A stretch of DNA of 64,000 nt from Octopus vulgaris (GCA_951406725.2 OX597819.1:79174001-79238000); one strand, 5' to 3'. Shown: positions 26,258 through 42,009, counted from the first letter of the stretch. The notes: generated by a model from the sequence alone, not told the origin. Numbers and translations: made by a program.

Positions 26258-26397
26258 GGTAAAACGGTAAGATAACAAAAGCAAGATAGAGATCTCAATA
26301 TTATGTAAATAGAGGAAATTTATCTATACAATAATATGTTACATTACTCGATAGTCAAGATAAAACTCTGAGTTTCAGATGCCGAAGTCTTCGGCAT
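26258..26397 (-). mobile_element. Short PLE-like 3' fragment in (TA)n with an HHR 3' half and terminal hairpin
   Basis: Minus strand GAAA-ctc(a)gag-TT-ttatc. Ends in the hairpin atgccgaag-t-cttcggcat. Confidence 0.45.
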
Positions 26398-26939
26398 ATA
26401 TATATATATATATGAACATATGCGTGTATATTTATGTACACGTACACACACACTCACACACATAGATATGCATACACATAAGCAGACCTACTTTTCTCTG
26501 ATCTTCACTCACACATACACACACATGAATTAAAAGCACTTCGAACTCGGACACAATAATTATGACACCTACATGTAAAACGATAACAAGAAAACTTGGG
26601 GGGGGGGGGTAAAATCATTGATAAATACAACCTTGCCTGTCTGTCTGTTTGTTTCTCTCTTTCTCTATTTATCTATCTAACGTGGAAGTACGTGGCTTGT
26701 GGTAAGGGTGTTGTATCTATGATCATGAGATTGCGGTTTCGATTCTTGGATCAGGCGATGCGTTGTGTTCTTGAGCAAAACACTTCATTTCACGTTGCTC
26801 CAGTCCACTCAGCTGGCAAAAATGAGTAATCCTGCGACGGACCGGTGTCCTGTCTAAGGGAGAAATTTATATGCTGTAGAATCCAGGAAACCTCCTTTTG
26901 TGATTTATGACTGAGGAAAGACCGTTGATTTTATATCTT

Positions 26940-27045
<106 letters not shown>

Positions 27046-28675
27046 ACGCATGTCTCTTTCTGTTTCTTCATGTGTTTTACTGTTACACTATTTTATTCGA
27101 TATGTAATTTCAACAGATATGCAATACGCTTCCGTTCCACACTCACTTATGCATACACAGATGCAGGGCACTTACTTACACACAGGCGTAATGTATACGC
27201 ATGCATGACACACACACACACCTTCATATTTGTACATACGTTCATACTTATGCTTACAACCTACTACATCTAAATTAATTATTTGAGAGGTATGAATTAA
27301 TTTTTCTACGCAGTTGCTCAGAATGCTAGAAAATACATATAAAACTTGCATCTGAACCACAGAAAACACTTTCAAAACAAGATTTTATGCTCACAAGAAT
27401 TCCTTTAAATAAATGGGAAATAGGTCATCAACTTGCTTGTCAAAACATGTATGGCAAATGAAAGAAATGAGTTGTTGCCTCACTCCAAATCTAATGGTCT
27501 ATATTGGAAAAAGCAAGTCTATACAGTAATAGAGCCTTAATAGACCTACCACTATTTAAAAGTTTTATACGTATTTGAAGCAGCAGGCTATGATTTAAAA
27601 TCTCTTTTATATCACACTCTACTGTCTAAAACAAGTATATAATGTATTGTGTCTGAAAATATGCAGGGATAATTACAGCTACACAGCTACAGCATGCCCG
27701 TTACCATAGATTTAATCGATCAAACTGGGGCTGGAACTAAGTTACAATAAGAACTACGTCAGTCTATGTAGAGGAGTAAATGTATGACTTTTATTTATCT
27801 GAGTGTCAGATAAAAATGTTTTGCTTTAAGGCTGCGAGTTGGCAGAGTCGTTAGCCCGCCGGGTAAAATGTTTAGTGACATTTCGTCCAACTTTACGTTC
27901 TGAGTTCAAATTTCGCCGAGGTCGACTTTGCTTATCATTCTTCCAGATTCAATAAAATAAGTACCAGTTAGAAACTGGAGCTGATGTAATCAACTTACCC
28001 GCTACCTCGTACTTACTGACCTTGAGCAAAAATTTGAAACCAATATTTTTTCGGGTTCTTTATGTTCTGAGTTCAAATCTTGCCTGGAATAACTTTGCCT
28101 TTTAATAAATATCAAGAAAAACAACAGTCTATTTTGAACGAATGTAGAGAAGGAAATATATGATGTTGTACCTTGTATTCTTTTCCTCATGCCAAATGTT
28201 CCATGTAAAAGCTGAAGGCACATCGGGAATTCGATAACTTGCACGGTGATAACTACATCAGGTACTGAAACATTAATATCGTACGTTAGAACCGAAGTTT
28301 ATCAGAAAGAAGACGAGAGGGAAATACATTTGATGTAACTGGCATTTCTTACATGGTAAGCAGAGGAACGAAATACGATATAAATGTGAGCTGACCCACG
28401 CGTGATTTGAACTGAGGGCGCTAGAAAAAAGGAGACTGATTTGACACTCTTCAGTTACAGATTTAGTTCGACCGATGCTCTACCCGTTCGCTATACTATC
28501 ATTTCACCACCGTCACAAATACATATCAAATATAATGTCTGCACGTACGCACGCACGCACACACACATACATACACACGCACACACACACACACACATAG
28601 GTACACAGATAAATAGATATAGATTTATACACATACACACATTCATATATATACATACATTTATTCATACATACA

Positions 28676-28734
<59 letters not shown>

Positions 28735-28867
28735 ATATATATATATATATAATATATATATATATATACATACACACACACACACACATACATACATACA
28801 TACATACATACATACACACGCACACGCATATATATGTACACTCACACACACACACTCATATATTCAT

Positions 28868-28915
<48 letters not shown>

Positions 28916-29184
28916 ATTTTGAAATATTATTTTGAGAAAATACAAACTCTGGCAATGGCATTAATCCTAAAAAGAAACATAGAGATCCCCCAATCGATAT
29001 GTCTACATCCTAGATACAATATAGTAGATTGTTGCAACCTTTTCGTGGGATCAGATCATGAGTAAATCAACGCTCAGTAATATGAACACAAAATTCATTG
29101 CTTAAAAAATTTCCAACTATCCCCAATGCCAATATATATATATGTGTGTGCTCATGTATGCATATGTATACATCTATATATCTG

Positions 29185-29322
<138 letters not shown>

Positions 29323-29348
29323 AATCCATCTATCTATCTATCTATCTA

Positions 29349-29412
<64 letters not shown>

Positions 29413-29479
29413 GTCTATCTGTGTGTCTGTCTGTGTGTCTGTGTGTCTGTCTGTGTGTCTGTCTGTCTGTCAGTCTGTG

Positions 29480-29651
<172 letters not shown>

Positions 29652-30076
29652 CATATATATATGTATATTTGTGTGTCTATATATATACATATGAAAGAGT
29701 GTACGTATATAACGAATACAGAATTTGCGATTATATGCAGAGGACGTTTTTTCAGTAATGAAAAGAAGAAACAAACACACCCAAATATGCATGCAAGCAT
29801 GTATGTATATATATATATATATACATGTATCAATGTATATATGTATGTATATATCTCTGTACGCATATATGTAAGTATATATGTATGTATATATGTATGT
29901 ATGCATGTATGTATGCATGTATGCATGTATGTACGTATGCATGCATCTCCATATCACCCAGGCTATTTTCCCGTCTATTTATCTACGTATGCATGTACAC
30001 ATCTTTAAATCAAAAGCAAAAAGTAAAAAGAATCTTCACGCACGCACTTAAATATATATGTGTATATATATATATG

Positions 30077-30164
<88 letters not shown>

Positions 30165-30218
30165 CATACATACCTTCATTCATACATACACACACATATA
30201 TGTATATACATACATTAA

Positions 30219-30259
<41 letters not shown>

Positions 30260-32039
30260 TCTGTGCTTGTGTTTTATCGGTATATCTCCTAGCTAATGCC
30301 AGTATACCATGACCTCTGTCGCTCTATTCATTATCACCAGCTCACCACTATTTCTTATTCAGTTATCTCCACCTAATCTGTGACTCTTGCTTATCGCGCC
30401 AGATATCTTTCTATCCACACCTTTGCTGCTCCTCCGCCCTCTAGCTCTACCACCAGCACCAGCAGCAGTTGCAACAGTTCTGCTGTAAACTGTAACACAA
30501 GTACGGTAACCACTGTGGCTCTACCATTGATTTTTGTTTTATTTTTCAATACTACCGCAGATACTACAAAAACCACTGCTTGTAATGACAGTGTTTCAGC
30601 TTTCGCAGTCTTCATTCGTCGTCTTTAACTGTTTTTTTCGTACTTCATCCAACATTATCAGCATCAACACCAGCATCAGCATCAGCTGCAATATCAGGAG
30701 CGGCTCCACCGGCCCTACCGGCCCTACCACCAACTCCACCACCAGCACAACCATCACTAAACCACCACTGCTGCCATCTAAGCAATACACCAGTTTCATT
30801 TAGGATTGAACGTAATTTTCCAGTGATAACTGGTACTGCTTACACTTTTGAAGTTGAGCACCAACACATCCATAATACCTCTGCTTTGAAATTATCACAT
30901 TTCGTAGGCTTTTTCAATCGTTTGTCGGTAATTTTTTGATTCTTTTTTTTTCATATGTCGTGTTTAATGCCACCTGATCTACGAGTTCAGTGGTTCTGTC
31001 TGTCTGGAAGAAAAAGTACCATGGAATTTGGGGTTTACCAGATGCAGAGCATGTTCTGATACATGATTATACCACATGGGAGAAGTATTGTATAACAGAT
31101 GTTAAAAAGTAATTAGTGTAAATTGAAACAAACCTTATCATGACGTCACCTATATTCTTTCAGAGCTAATATTTTGCTGCCTTTTATAATATTTTGAATA
31201 CTTTCATTGCTGGTTGCGCAAGCAACTCTCCTTCGTCGAAGTAGCAGAATAAACACCCTATCTTTAGAGTTTAATCTGAGCACATCCCACCTATAAGCTC
31301 TAAGTTTCTCTCGATGTTACTCTCGTTCGATGTTTCTCTCGTTCGATGCTTCTCTCGTTAGATGTTTCCAGAGCCACTCAGACGAAGAGTCATGATTTTA
31401 TACATTTTTGGTGTATTTGTGGAACTGTCCATATAACTGCATTTCTTGTAGCGCTTCCTCCTTTGTTATTATTTCTTCTCAGCCTCTGCTCAAATAAGTC
31501 CTAGTTCTGTTACAGTATCCTTCTTCACATTACCGGTGTATCTGTGGAACTATCCACTTAACTATCCATTTTTTCAAACGATTCCCTTATTATTATACTT
31601 TTTTCCTCTTCACCATCACCTCACATAAGTCATAGTTTTGTTGCAGTATATTAAAACTGTTCTTTACTTTTTCCATAGTTGTGTTTTATTTACATTTGTT
31701 TGTCATCCACGCAATCAAAAATGCTCTCTTATGTCCAGTCTTCTAGTGTAGGTACAAACACTTGACGTTTGCTATTGGATGCAAATTGTATTCCATGCAT
31801 AGTTAGGGTTTTCTAATTTTTTTCGGTCTAATGCTCTGTTAATATCATTATATAATTTTTCAACATTTGATAGTTCCAGGCAAATTTCTACTGCATCACG
31901 TGCTATTCCTCAGTGTTGCTGGGGAGTGTGCAGCATTGTGTGGTCTTTTCTCATGCTGGGAGTGTGCAAACTCTTTCCCGGTATTGTAATGCGTCAGACT
32001 TTTTCTCTTGAGGTGTGATGCAGTTTTTTGTTGTATTAC

Positions 32040-32570
32040 TGCTTGTATTGTGCGTTGAGTGTGTAATGCGTTGGTTATCTAGCTTGCTGGTCGAAGTTTA
32101 TTTCACTGGATAATTGCTGTATAGCGTGTGTTTTGCGTTTGTGGGTTGTTTTCTTTAGGTTGTATTATTGAATTGATAATGTTTTGCGTAGGATGTGGGG
32201 TATTCCTAGCAGGGCTACTTTTTTGGATAGTGTGTAATGTATAGTTTCTATGTTTTTGTTCATACGTTTTTTATCATGTCCAATGCTCCAATTATTATTG
32301 GTATTGTTTTCATCTTCATGCCCCACATCTTGAATACTTCAATTTCGTGGTCTCTGTATTTCGACAATTTCACCACTTCTTTTTGGATCAGAACGGACTG
32401 CAATGTCTATGAGCAAGCAGGTGTTTTTTTTAACCAATCCTTGATTATTGTGTCTGGGCGATTAGCTTTTATTGCTTTGTCGGTTTGATCCGGCATATCC
32501 TAGATGATTGTGGCCTGGTCGTTGTCGTGTACCTTGTTTGGCACCTGTCTATATCATCTATTATCATTTT
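32040..32570 (-). mobile_element. Degenerate Dong/R4-clade LINE 3' fragment (restriction-like endonuclease)
   Basis: Homologous to 52585-53013 (ANRPD.I, KYRDHEIEVFKMWGMK, TIPIIIGALD). Confidence 0.7.
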
Positions 32571-32667
32571 TAATGTTGTAGTTTAATATTTTCATTGACC
32601 ATTTCCTCTATGGTTTTTGCTATTCCAAATATGCTCATTGTTTTACTTATCCAACTGTTTGGTACCA

Positions 32668-33077
32668 CGTCATATACTCTTACTCTTTTACTCTTTTACT
32701 TGTTTCAGTCAGTTGACTGCGGCCATGCTGGAGCACCGCCTTTAGTCGAGCAAATCGACCCCGGGACTTATTCTTTGTAAGCCCAGTACTTATTCTATCG
32801 GTCTCTTTTGCCGAACCGCTAAGTGACGGGGACGTAAACACACCAGCATCGGTTGTCAAGCAATGCTAGGGGGACACACAAACACACACACACATACATA
32901 TATATATATACATATATACGACAGGCTTCTTTCAGTTTCTGTCTGCCAAATCCACTCACAAGGCATTGGTCGGCCCGGGGCTATAGCAGAAGACACTTGC
33001 CCAAGATGCCACGCAGTGGGACTGAACCCGGAACCATGTGGTTGGTTAGAAAGCTACTTACCACACAGCCACTCCTG
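32668..33077 (-). mobile_element. tRNA-derived SINE (family A), near full length
   Basis: Minus head gcaggagtggctgtgtggtaag...gggttcagtccc (A and B boxes), then ttgggcaagtgtcttc, with an (AAGAGTA)-like tail. Confidence 0.85.
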
Positions 33078-33139
33078 CTTTTTTGTAATCTAGTCATCCA
33101 GTCCTCTCAATCTGCGTTTACAATTTCTAATTATTATCT

Positions 33140-33355
33140 TATCAACTAATAAGTGATCTTTTGTTGCCCTGTTTTGATTCCTGCATCCTTTCTGTTCTGG
33201 AAGTATATTTTTGGTTGTATAACTCTTTCGCCAAGACATTGGTCATAAGCTTCCACATCAGTGGTAAACAGGTTGTAAGTCCAAAATTTGATGCCAAGTT
33301 CCCTTTCAAGGGATCTTTAAGGCATCCAAGCAGGGACCTGACCTTGCGCAACGAT
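33140..33355 (-). mobile_element. Dong/R4-like RT fragment
   Basis: [18 protein letters not shown] resembles 'NYRPITCLPLMWKL'. Adjacent to (CTT)n. Confidence 0.55.
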
Positions 33356-33541
33356 CCTTTCTTCTTCTTCTCTTTCTTCTTTTTCTTCTTCTTCTTCTTC
33401 TTCTTCTTCTTCTTCTTCTTCTTCTTCTTCTTCTTCTTCTTCTTCTTCTTCTTCTTCTTCTTCTTCTTCTTCTTCTTCTTCTTCTTTTTCTTTTCTTCTT
33501 CTTCTTCTTCTTCTTCTTCTTTTTCTCATTCTTCTTCTTCT

Positions 33542-34084
33542 TGAGTGAGAGAGCAATGCATGCTATCAAAGTGACACTGGGGTACAGATACACGAAACCC
33601 ATATGCACATCATGACTACCTGTCTGATAAGGGTACACCAGCCACATGCATCAATACTATGTGTGCGCGACATGGTGACCTTATATCAAGATATCAGCAC
33701 ATGACCTAGCTGATGGGGCCCAGTTAGAATTTCCTTCATATTGAGTTGCCCATCCCACTAAAAAGATCACAGAATGAGGGTTGCTCAAGGATGATGAACG
33801 AAACCCCTATGTTTCCAGAGGTGAATTATTCAAACTACAAAGAAATCCTTTCAACACATGCTCCCCCACTACTTCTTCTCGTGATCATAGATGCACATAT
33901 TATCAGCCACTAAGGGATATGCTCATCTGGTGAGATTCAAGCAACTGACAAGCAAATATGTGGTATTGAGTAGAATATTTGCTGTAGTCCATCATTTATA
34001 CCAAAACAAACTTGTACCTGATAACATTTCCAACCAGTTAAGATCAGAAGTCATGAAAGCTACTGCCTGGTAATGCATCAAGGC

Positions 34085-34087
<3 letters not shown>
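33542..34087. mobile_element. ~550-bp non-coding dispersed element in trinucleotide repeats (copy 1)
   Basis: Colinear with 51690-52247. Flanked by (CTT)n and (ATT)n. Confidence 0.8.
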
Positions 34088-34139
<52 letters not shown>

Positions 34140-34154
34140 GTTGTTGTTGTTGTT

Positions 34155-34552
34155 GTTGTTGTTATTATTATTATTTCCTTCTTTCTTCAAATTTTCTTCC
34201 GTTTCTCGCCGAGTGTTTTCCGTACACCTAGGGCAGAGAAGCTCATTGTATGCATTCACAGATTACACACACAAATTCACAGGTAAAATATGTATTTAAA
34301 AATTAACAAACAAATAAATTCATGAATGGATGTTGTTTTCACAGTGATAATGCTCTTCACAGTACATGAGCCGTTCCAGTTAACACGATTTTTTGCACTT
34401 CCTCTAGGGATGGTAAGACTGGTATCATTTTCAAATAGGTTTCAGTATTTTTTTTTTATCATTCCTAGAGCTCTTACAATCACTGGTACTGTAGACACCT
34501 TGAGATATCACATTGTTTTAATTTCTGTTAGCAAGTCTTTATATTTACTGAT
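34155..34552 (-). mobile_element. Dong/R4-like LINE 3' fragment
   Basis: Minus strand ISKYKDLLTEIKTM*YLKVSTVPVIVRALG. Lies between (ATT)n and (CTT)n tracts. Confidence 0.6.
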
Positions 34553-35029
34553 CTTCTTCTTCTTCTTCTTCTTCTAATTATTATTATTATTATTCGACTT
34601 GAGTCAGACTTCGTATTATTCTTGGTAGAATTTATGTGGGTAGCAGGTTATAAAGTGTAATCTTAGATATCTATAAGGTTTGAATAATATTTCAAGCGTT
34701 CAAAACCCTTTTGATAGTCTTTTCTGTTCTTAAAAGGGAAATTTTTTCTAGAATTTTTACAGGACATTACATTCCAAGCTTATTCAGACTTTTGTCAATA
34801 TAATTACTCAGGGTCCCCAATGAACCAATTATTTAACGTACGACTTTTACAGTTTTCAAATTCCAAATTCCTGCAATTTCAAATTTTGCAATTTCAAATT
34901 TTGTGAGTCACACAAATGTTGACTCACAAACTCATTTATACACGGATAGATAGCCAGACTCACTTGCACTCACGCATACATATGAGCAAACAAACGCGCA
35001 CACTGAATCTCCATCATATTCGCATAAGA

Positions 35030-35720
35030 TAAAGCGGTGAACCGGCAGAGTCATTAGCAGCACGTCAGGCAAAATGCTTAACGGTATTTCGTCTGCCCCT
35101 ACGTTCTGAGTTCAAATGCCGCCGAGTTCGACTTTGCCTTTCATCCTTTCGGGGTCGATAAATTAAGTACCAGTTACGCACTAGGGTCGATATAATCGAC
35201 TTAATCCGTCTGTCAGTCCTTGTTTGCCTCCTCTCTGTGGGGAGTAAAGAAATAGGTATTTTGTCTGCCGCTACGTTCTGAGTTCAAATTCCGCCGAGGT
35301 CGACTTTGCCTTTTATCATTTCGGGGTCGATTAAATAAGTACCAGTTACGCACTGGGGTCGATATAATCGACTTAATCCGTTTGTCTGTCGTTGTTTGTC
35401 CTCTCTGTGTTTAGCCCCTTGTGGGTAGTAAAGAAATAGGTATTTCGTCTGCCGGTACGTTCTGAGTTCAAATTCCGCCGAGGTCGACTTTGCCTTTCAT
35501 TCTTTCGGGCTCGATTAAATAAGTACCAGTTACGCACTGGGGTCGATATAATCGACTTAATCCGTTTGTCTGTCCTTGTTTGTCCTCTCTGCGTTTAGCC
35601 ACTTGTGGGTAGTAAAGAAATAGGTATTTCATCAGTCTTTACGTCCTAAGTTCAAAAACCGCCAAGGCCGAATTTGTCTTTTATCCTTTCGTGTTCGATA
35701 AAATAAATACCAGCCAAGTT
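35030..35720 (+). repeat. Tandem array of ~184-bp SINE-derived (family B) units
   Basis: ggtatt(t)cgtctgcc...agtaaagaaata units start at about 35084, 35255, 35438 and 35622. Confidence 0.9.
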
Positions 35721-36372
35721 TTGGGGTCCTCGAAATTGCAGGTCTTGTGCAGAATTTAAAGCCAATATTTATAGCAGATAACCCGTCGGGCTGGCAGAAT
35801 CGTCAGCACGCCGAGCAAAATACTTAGTGCTATTTCGCCCGTCTTCACATTCTGAGTTCTAATTCCGCCGATGTTGACATTATCTTTCATCATTTCGGGA
35901 TCGATAAAATAAGTACCAGTTGACTACTGAGATTAATATAATCGACTTTCCCCACTGCTCTCAAATTGCTGGCCTTGTGCCAAAATTTGAAAGCAATATC
36001 TTTAATAAATAAGAAACGGCGAGCTGGCTCGACCTTTACCACACTGGGCAAAATGCTTTAGGGTATTTCGTCTGACTGTGCGTCCTAAACTCAAATACCA
36101 CCGTGACCTACTTTCGGGTTCAGTACCAGTCAAATCCTGGTGTCCTCCATGTAATCCACTTACCCACCTTCCCTCAAAATTGCTGGCCTTGTGCAAAAAC
36201 TTGAGACCAATATTCACATTAGATTCATTCTGACCCCTGTACATGCACAAATGTTTAACTTTCGAGATGTTATTGTATGTGAATAAGAGAATGTTTATAT
36301 ACACATATACAAGCTATATATCTACGTAAAATAAATATTTGCATGTGTGTGTTTGTGTGAGTGCGTGTACAA

Positions 36373-36411
<39 letters not shown>

Positions 36412-36480
36412 TGTATATACCTATATATACATATGTATATATATATGTATTTATGTATATATATATATATACATAGATAC

Positions 36481-36527
<47 letters not shown>

Positions 36528-37158
36528 AAAATATAATTATGTCTATAAATATACAAACACAGAAATATGATATATTAGGTATGACTATATATGTGTGTAT
36601 GAATGAGCATATGTTTACACACACGCACACACCCGTACTCTTACCCATACACAACTGCGTGTGCGCCCATTGGTAAGTACGTCTGTATAATTATATATTT
36701 CTTTATATAAGTATATATACATACACACACTCTGTGTGTGTATATACATATATACTTATACATACATATATACGTATATATATATGTATAAGTATATATA
36801 TATATGTATAAGTATATATGTATACACACACACACATGTTTACGCGCATATAGCTGAATATATATATATATATACACATATATATATATATATTTATGTA
36901 TGCTATTTGCGTCCACATATAAATGTATATATGTATATACATACATATATGCGCATACTTACTCACAGAGAGATGTACATACACACACACATATATGTAT
37001 ATTCGCATATATGCTTATATATATATGCATATATATATATACACACATATACATGCAAATATGTACATATACACATATACATATGCATATATAAGCATAT
37101 TTATACATACACATACGCGCATGCGCACACACGCACACATACACAAACACGCACGTAC

Positions 37159-37231
<73 letters not shown>

Positions 37232-37689
37232 TTCTCTCTGTCTCTCACGGACACACGCACATCATATATCAAGCGGGAGAAGCTCGGAAATAGCATTAAA
37301 ATCCTTCTATTTCGCTATAAACAATTTGTTCAACTCTACAATCGAAATCATAAATCACCGCTTTATATCTTTTCTACCTGTATTTACAGATGTGATTAAT
37401 TTTCTAGTTGAGATTTAGTGTGTCGTATAAACATATTTTCAACTTCCACTGCACATTCCCTACTTCATGCTACTCACCACACGCCGCACACCGTACAACA
37501 CAGACGGACTAACACTCAAACACACACATACTCACACACACACACATTCACACACACACACACACATATACACTCATGCACGCACACGAACTTACACTGC
37601 TCCTCGGTCTCCCCGTCGTACACCCTAAGCTTTATACCATTACCATAGCATTCCGTTTTTCACCCATCATGATGTTACTCAGCAAGTCT

Positions 37690-37718
37690 TGCCGCCGCCG
37701 CTGCTGCTACTACTACCG

Positions 37719-37800
<82 letters not shown>

Positions 37801-39430
37801 AGCATAGTCTTCCCAACAACAACAACGCTGCCGCCGCCACCGCCACCGCCGCCGCCACCGCCGCCACCACCACCACCACCACCACAACCAAAATACACTT
37901 CTCCTTATCGTCCTCCAACCTTCTCCAACCTTCTCTTCCTCCTTCCCTCCATCATTGTCTTTAACCTTCCTTTTCCACTTCATTTATTTTTTTTCCCCCG
38001 TGTTTATCATTGCACGTAATGTTATAAATTTACATCTCCTTCAAACCCTCATACGCCGTTAATTTACTAATCATTAACCTTCTAGCTCCTGATCCTAACT
38101 TTTCTTTAGATAATAACATTTTTAGTCATTACCCCCTAACCTCTCCCCCGCTTTACAGTTCTTCTTTGTTATACTTCCTTTATTATTTGTTACTTCATAC
38201 TATTCTTTTTGTTTTTCATTAGTTGCGCCCACCCTTTGCTTTACTTCTGAATTACCTATTAAACACTTTTACTCCACCCTCCACTCAGAGCTTTACCCTT
38301 ATTATTATTATTATTATTATTATTGTTGTTGTTGTTGTTAATATTTGCCAATGTCGTTGTTTGTGCTGTTGTTGCAATTGTTATTGTTGCTAATGTTAGT
38401 ATTATGTTGGCTTGTTGCGATTGCCATGTTTTTACTTTTGCTCTTGTTATTAATGTCTCTGTTGATCCTGCTGTTGCTATTGTTACTGTTGCTAATATTA
38501 TTTTTATTTTATTATTGTTGCTTATGGTTGTTGCTATTTTTCTCTATTTCTCTTGTTATTCATGTCACTCTCGTTGCTGTTGATCCTTCTGTTGCTAATG
38601 TTACTGCTGCTAATGTCGGTGTTATTGTTGTTTGTTGCTGTTGCTATGTTTGTTTTTTATGCTCTTGTTATTAACGTCACCGCGTTGCTGTTGAACTCGC
38701 TGTTGCTATTGTTATTGTTGCTAATGCTGGTGTTATTGTCGTTTGTTGCTGTTGCTATTTTTTGTTTTTATGAACGTCACTGTTGTTGTTGATCCTGTTG
38801 TTGCTATTGTCACTACTGCTAATGTCATTATCATCGCTGTCTTTGTTGTTGTGGTTCTTTATGTTCTTTTTCTTCTTCCTGTTGTTGCTGTTGCTTTCGT
38901 TGTTCTTGTTAATACTGCAGTTGTTGTACTCGTTCTTGTTGCTAATATTCCAGTCGTTGTGGTTGTTGCTCTCGTTATTGCTGTTGTTGCTAATGTCATC
39001 ATTTCCCTTACTGCTGCGTCTACATCAGTCTTCATTAAGTTTTGTCACAATAATTGTAGTTTATTTCCAGATCAAACAGATCTACTATCGAAAGTTAACT
39101 CAAGCGTGACCGTCCAATTCCATAATTTGTCAAAATGTTTCCATCAAATATATCATGTCTAGGATCACAATATCCTAGATATTGTGATACTAGATACTAT
39201 TGTGATCAATAGCCCATACGTTTTAAGATGCTAGCGTACAATTTGAGGTAGATTTAGCTACTGTTTTGAGCAGATCAAGTGTTCTCACAGAGGTTCCCTC
39301 ATTACTGTTTCCAGTTTTTAATATACTGTTATTGTTGACGTTGCTGCTGTTGTTTTCGCTATTATTGTCGTGGGTGTTGTTGCTACAATCATTGTTCAAG
39401 TTGTTATAGTTGTTGTTGTTGTTGTTGTTG
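37690..39430. repeat. Trinucleotide and decayed (GTT/GCT/ACT/CCG)n low-complexity region
   Basis: Directly visible. Produces the poly-V/L/Y/P ORFs. Confidence 0.85.
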
Positions 39431-40094
39431 TTACTGATGTTCTTGTAGTTATTCTTATTTATCCCCAGGTCGATCCTGATCGAGCATTTTTGTGATTAAA
39501 TATGTTCCAGCACTTAGCACATTGTCCAATATGGAATTCAAATTTTTGTTCAAAGCTTGCAATTTTGAGGGCGGATAAGTCGATTGCATCGACTCCAGTT
39601 TTCAACTCGCACGTATTCTATCGACCCTGAAAGGCTGAATGGCAAAGTCGAACTCAGAACGCATGCTAACAGTTCTACCAGCTCATCGCCTTCAACACAA
39701 ATAGTCCAATATTGTCATTACTTTTTTAAGGCTGTAGAGTGTGTAATTTGATGGTAATCTACTCGCTGTTTCCAGGAGAAAGAACGGTCACCAAAATGGA
39801 CACTTCGTTAGTTCATGTTAAAGATGTGTCATTATTGTAGCGGTTTCTGCTGCTAGCACCTTACATGTTCATGTAGATTTGGCTACTATTTTCAGCAGAT
39901 CAATTTCCTGTTGTTTATGCTGTTGCCGTTGATGTTGATGCTACTGCTATTGTTCCCATTGCTGCTGCTGTCTTCTTCTTCTTCTTCTTCTTCTTCTTCT
40001 TCTTCTTCTTCTTCTTCTTCTTCTTCTTCTTCTTCTTCTTCTTCTTCTTCTTCTTCTTCTTCTTCTTCTTCTTCTTCTTCTTCTTCTTCTTCTT

Positions 40095-40575
40095 CCTATC
40101 AGGACTCACGCCATTAGCCACAAAGTGTAATCTCTAATTCGAGCCTACTCTAAGCTACTAAGAATGCGTGTAGCAACTTGAAGATCCACCCCCACACACG
40201 CGATAGACTGGCGGTTGCACGGGCGCGAAAGCTACGTTATTGTCCTCATTCCGCAAACGGTGGTTTTTTTAACGGGTGGAGAGCTGAACCATCCTGGGGT
40301 GCAGAGGATTCGCAATCTAGACTAGGGTCTGAAAGTTTACCGCACCATAGTGGGTTACACCATGGTTCCTCTGCTTTGTGGCAGAAGTAGGAAGAAAGAA
40401 TGAGAGAAAGTTGTGGTGAAAGAGTACAGCAGGGTTCACCACTACCCACCGCCGGAGCATCGTGAAGCTTAGGTGTTTTGCTCAATAAACACTCACAATA
40501 CCCGGTCTGAGAATCGAAACCGCATTCTTACGATCGCGAGTCCGCTGCCCTAACCACTGGACCATTGCGCCTCCA
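40095..40575 (-). mobile_element. tRNA-derived SINE (family C, long form)
   Basis: Minus head ggaggcgcaatggtccagtggttagggcagcggactcg...ggtttcgattctc. Colinear copy at 60515-60878. Confidence 0.8.
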
Positions 40576-40992
40576 CTGCTGCTGCTGTTGTTGGTACTTA
40601 GCGCCAGCTCCTTCCTGATCAAGCTGACCTATAGTCAAACTTACTCTAGCCTTGACAATCATAATTCTTCTATTTTATCCAGAGACATCATGTCTTAGGT
40701 TTACGTTATCAAATGTCACCCTTTTCGAAGAAAGAATATATGGCTTGACTTAAGGAACATTTGGTTGCTATTTTTAGCAAATCGAGTGAGACCACGTACA
40801 GACTTATTTGTTGCATCATGCAACTATTAGCGAATGTTATGGTTGTTGTTGTTGTTGTTGCTGCTGTTTTTGTTATTGTTGTTATTATTGTTGTGATGTC
40901 TTTACTGCTGCTTTTGTAACCGTTGTTGCTGCAACAGAACCAGCATTATTCTTTATCCTGTTTTTCTTATTGTTACTTTACTGCTACAATTG

Positions 40993-41055
<63 letters not shown>

Positions 41056-41118
41056 ATAATAATAATAATAATAATAATACCACCACCACCACCGCCGCTG
41101 CTACTGCTGCTGCTGCTG

Positions 41119-41190
<72 letters not shown>

Positions 41191-41279
41191 GTAATACTAA
41201 TACTACTACAACCACCACCACCAACGCCGCCACCGCCGCTACTACTACTACTACTACTACTACTACTGTTGCTGCTGGC

Positions 41280-41332
<53 letters not shown>

Positions 41333-41853
41333 ATGACGATATTACTGCTGTTACTTGCATCCACCCGTAAATAACAGCTGAGATGATAAGAACGCATTAA
41401 GGAGTCCATTCATGGAAATCAGTTTTTATCGGGTACATATTACCTGAATTTTGATGTATTCTAAGACACACTGAGAGACTGCAACTTTTGCACAACCAAT
41501 AAAACATGCATTTAAGATGCAAACGTGCCTACTGGGCTTTTTCAAGGTGCACAGGCACTCAAAAATGTTTTATTACCTCGGCACATATGTCCCTACGTTC
41601 TGTGATTGATGAGATGATTCTGACTGTGTTTGGTGTCTGTTTTATGATTTTAATGTATGGATGTATGTGCGAGTATATATATCTGCGTGTGCGTGTGTAT
41701 GTGTGTATGTGTGTAGGTACCTGTGTGTGCGCATCTATGTATGTATGTATGTATGTATGTATGTATGTATGTATGTATGTATGTATGTATGCATGTATCC
41801 AACGGTATGCGTGTATACATACATAAATATAAATATACATGTGCGTGTGTATG

Positions 41854-41903
<50 letters not shown>

Positions 41904-42009
41904 CATAAATACACACACAAATACACACACACATATACGCGCATGGATATAAGTAGATATAAACGTACAAGTAAATTCATAGATGTATTAATATGTACAT
42001 ATATTTATA

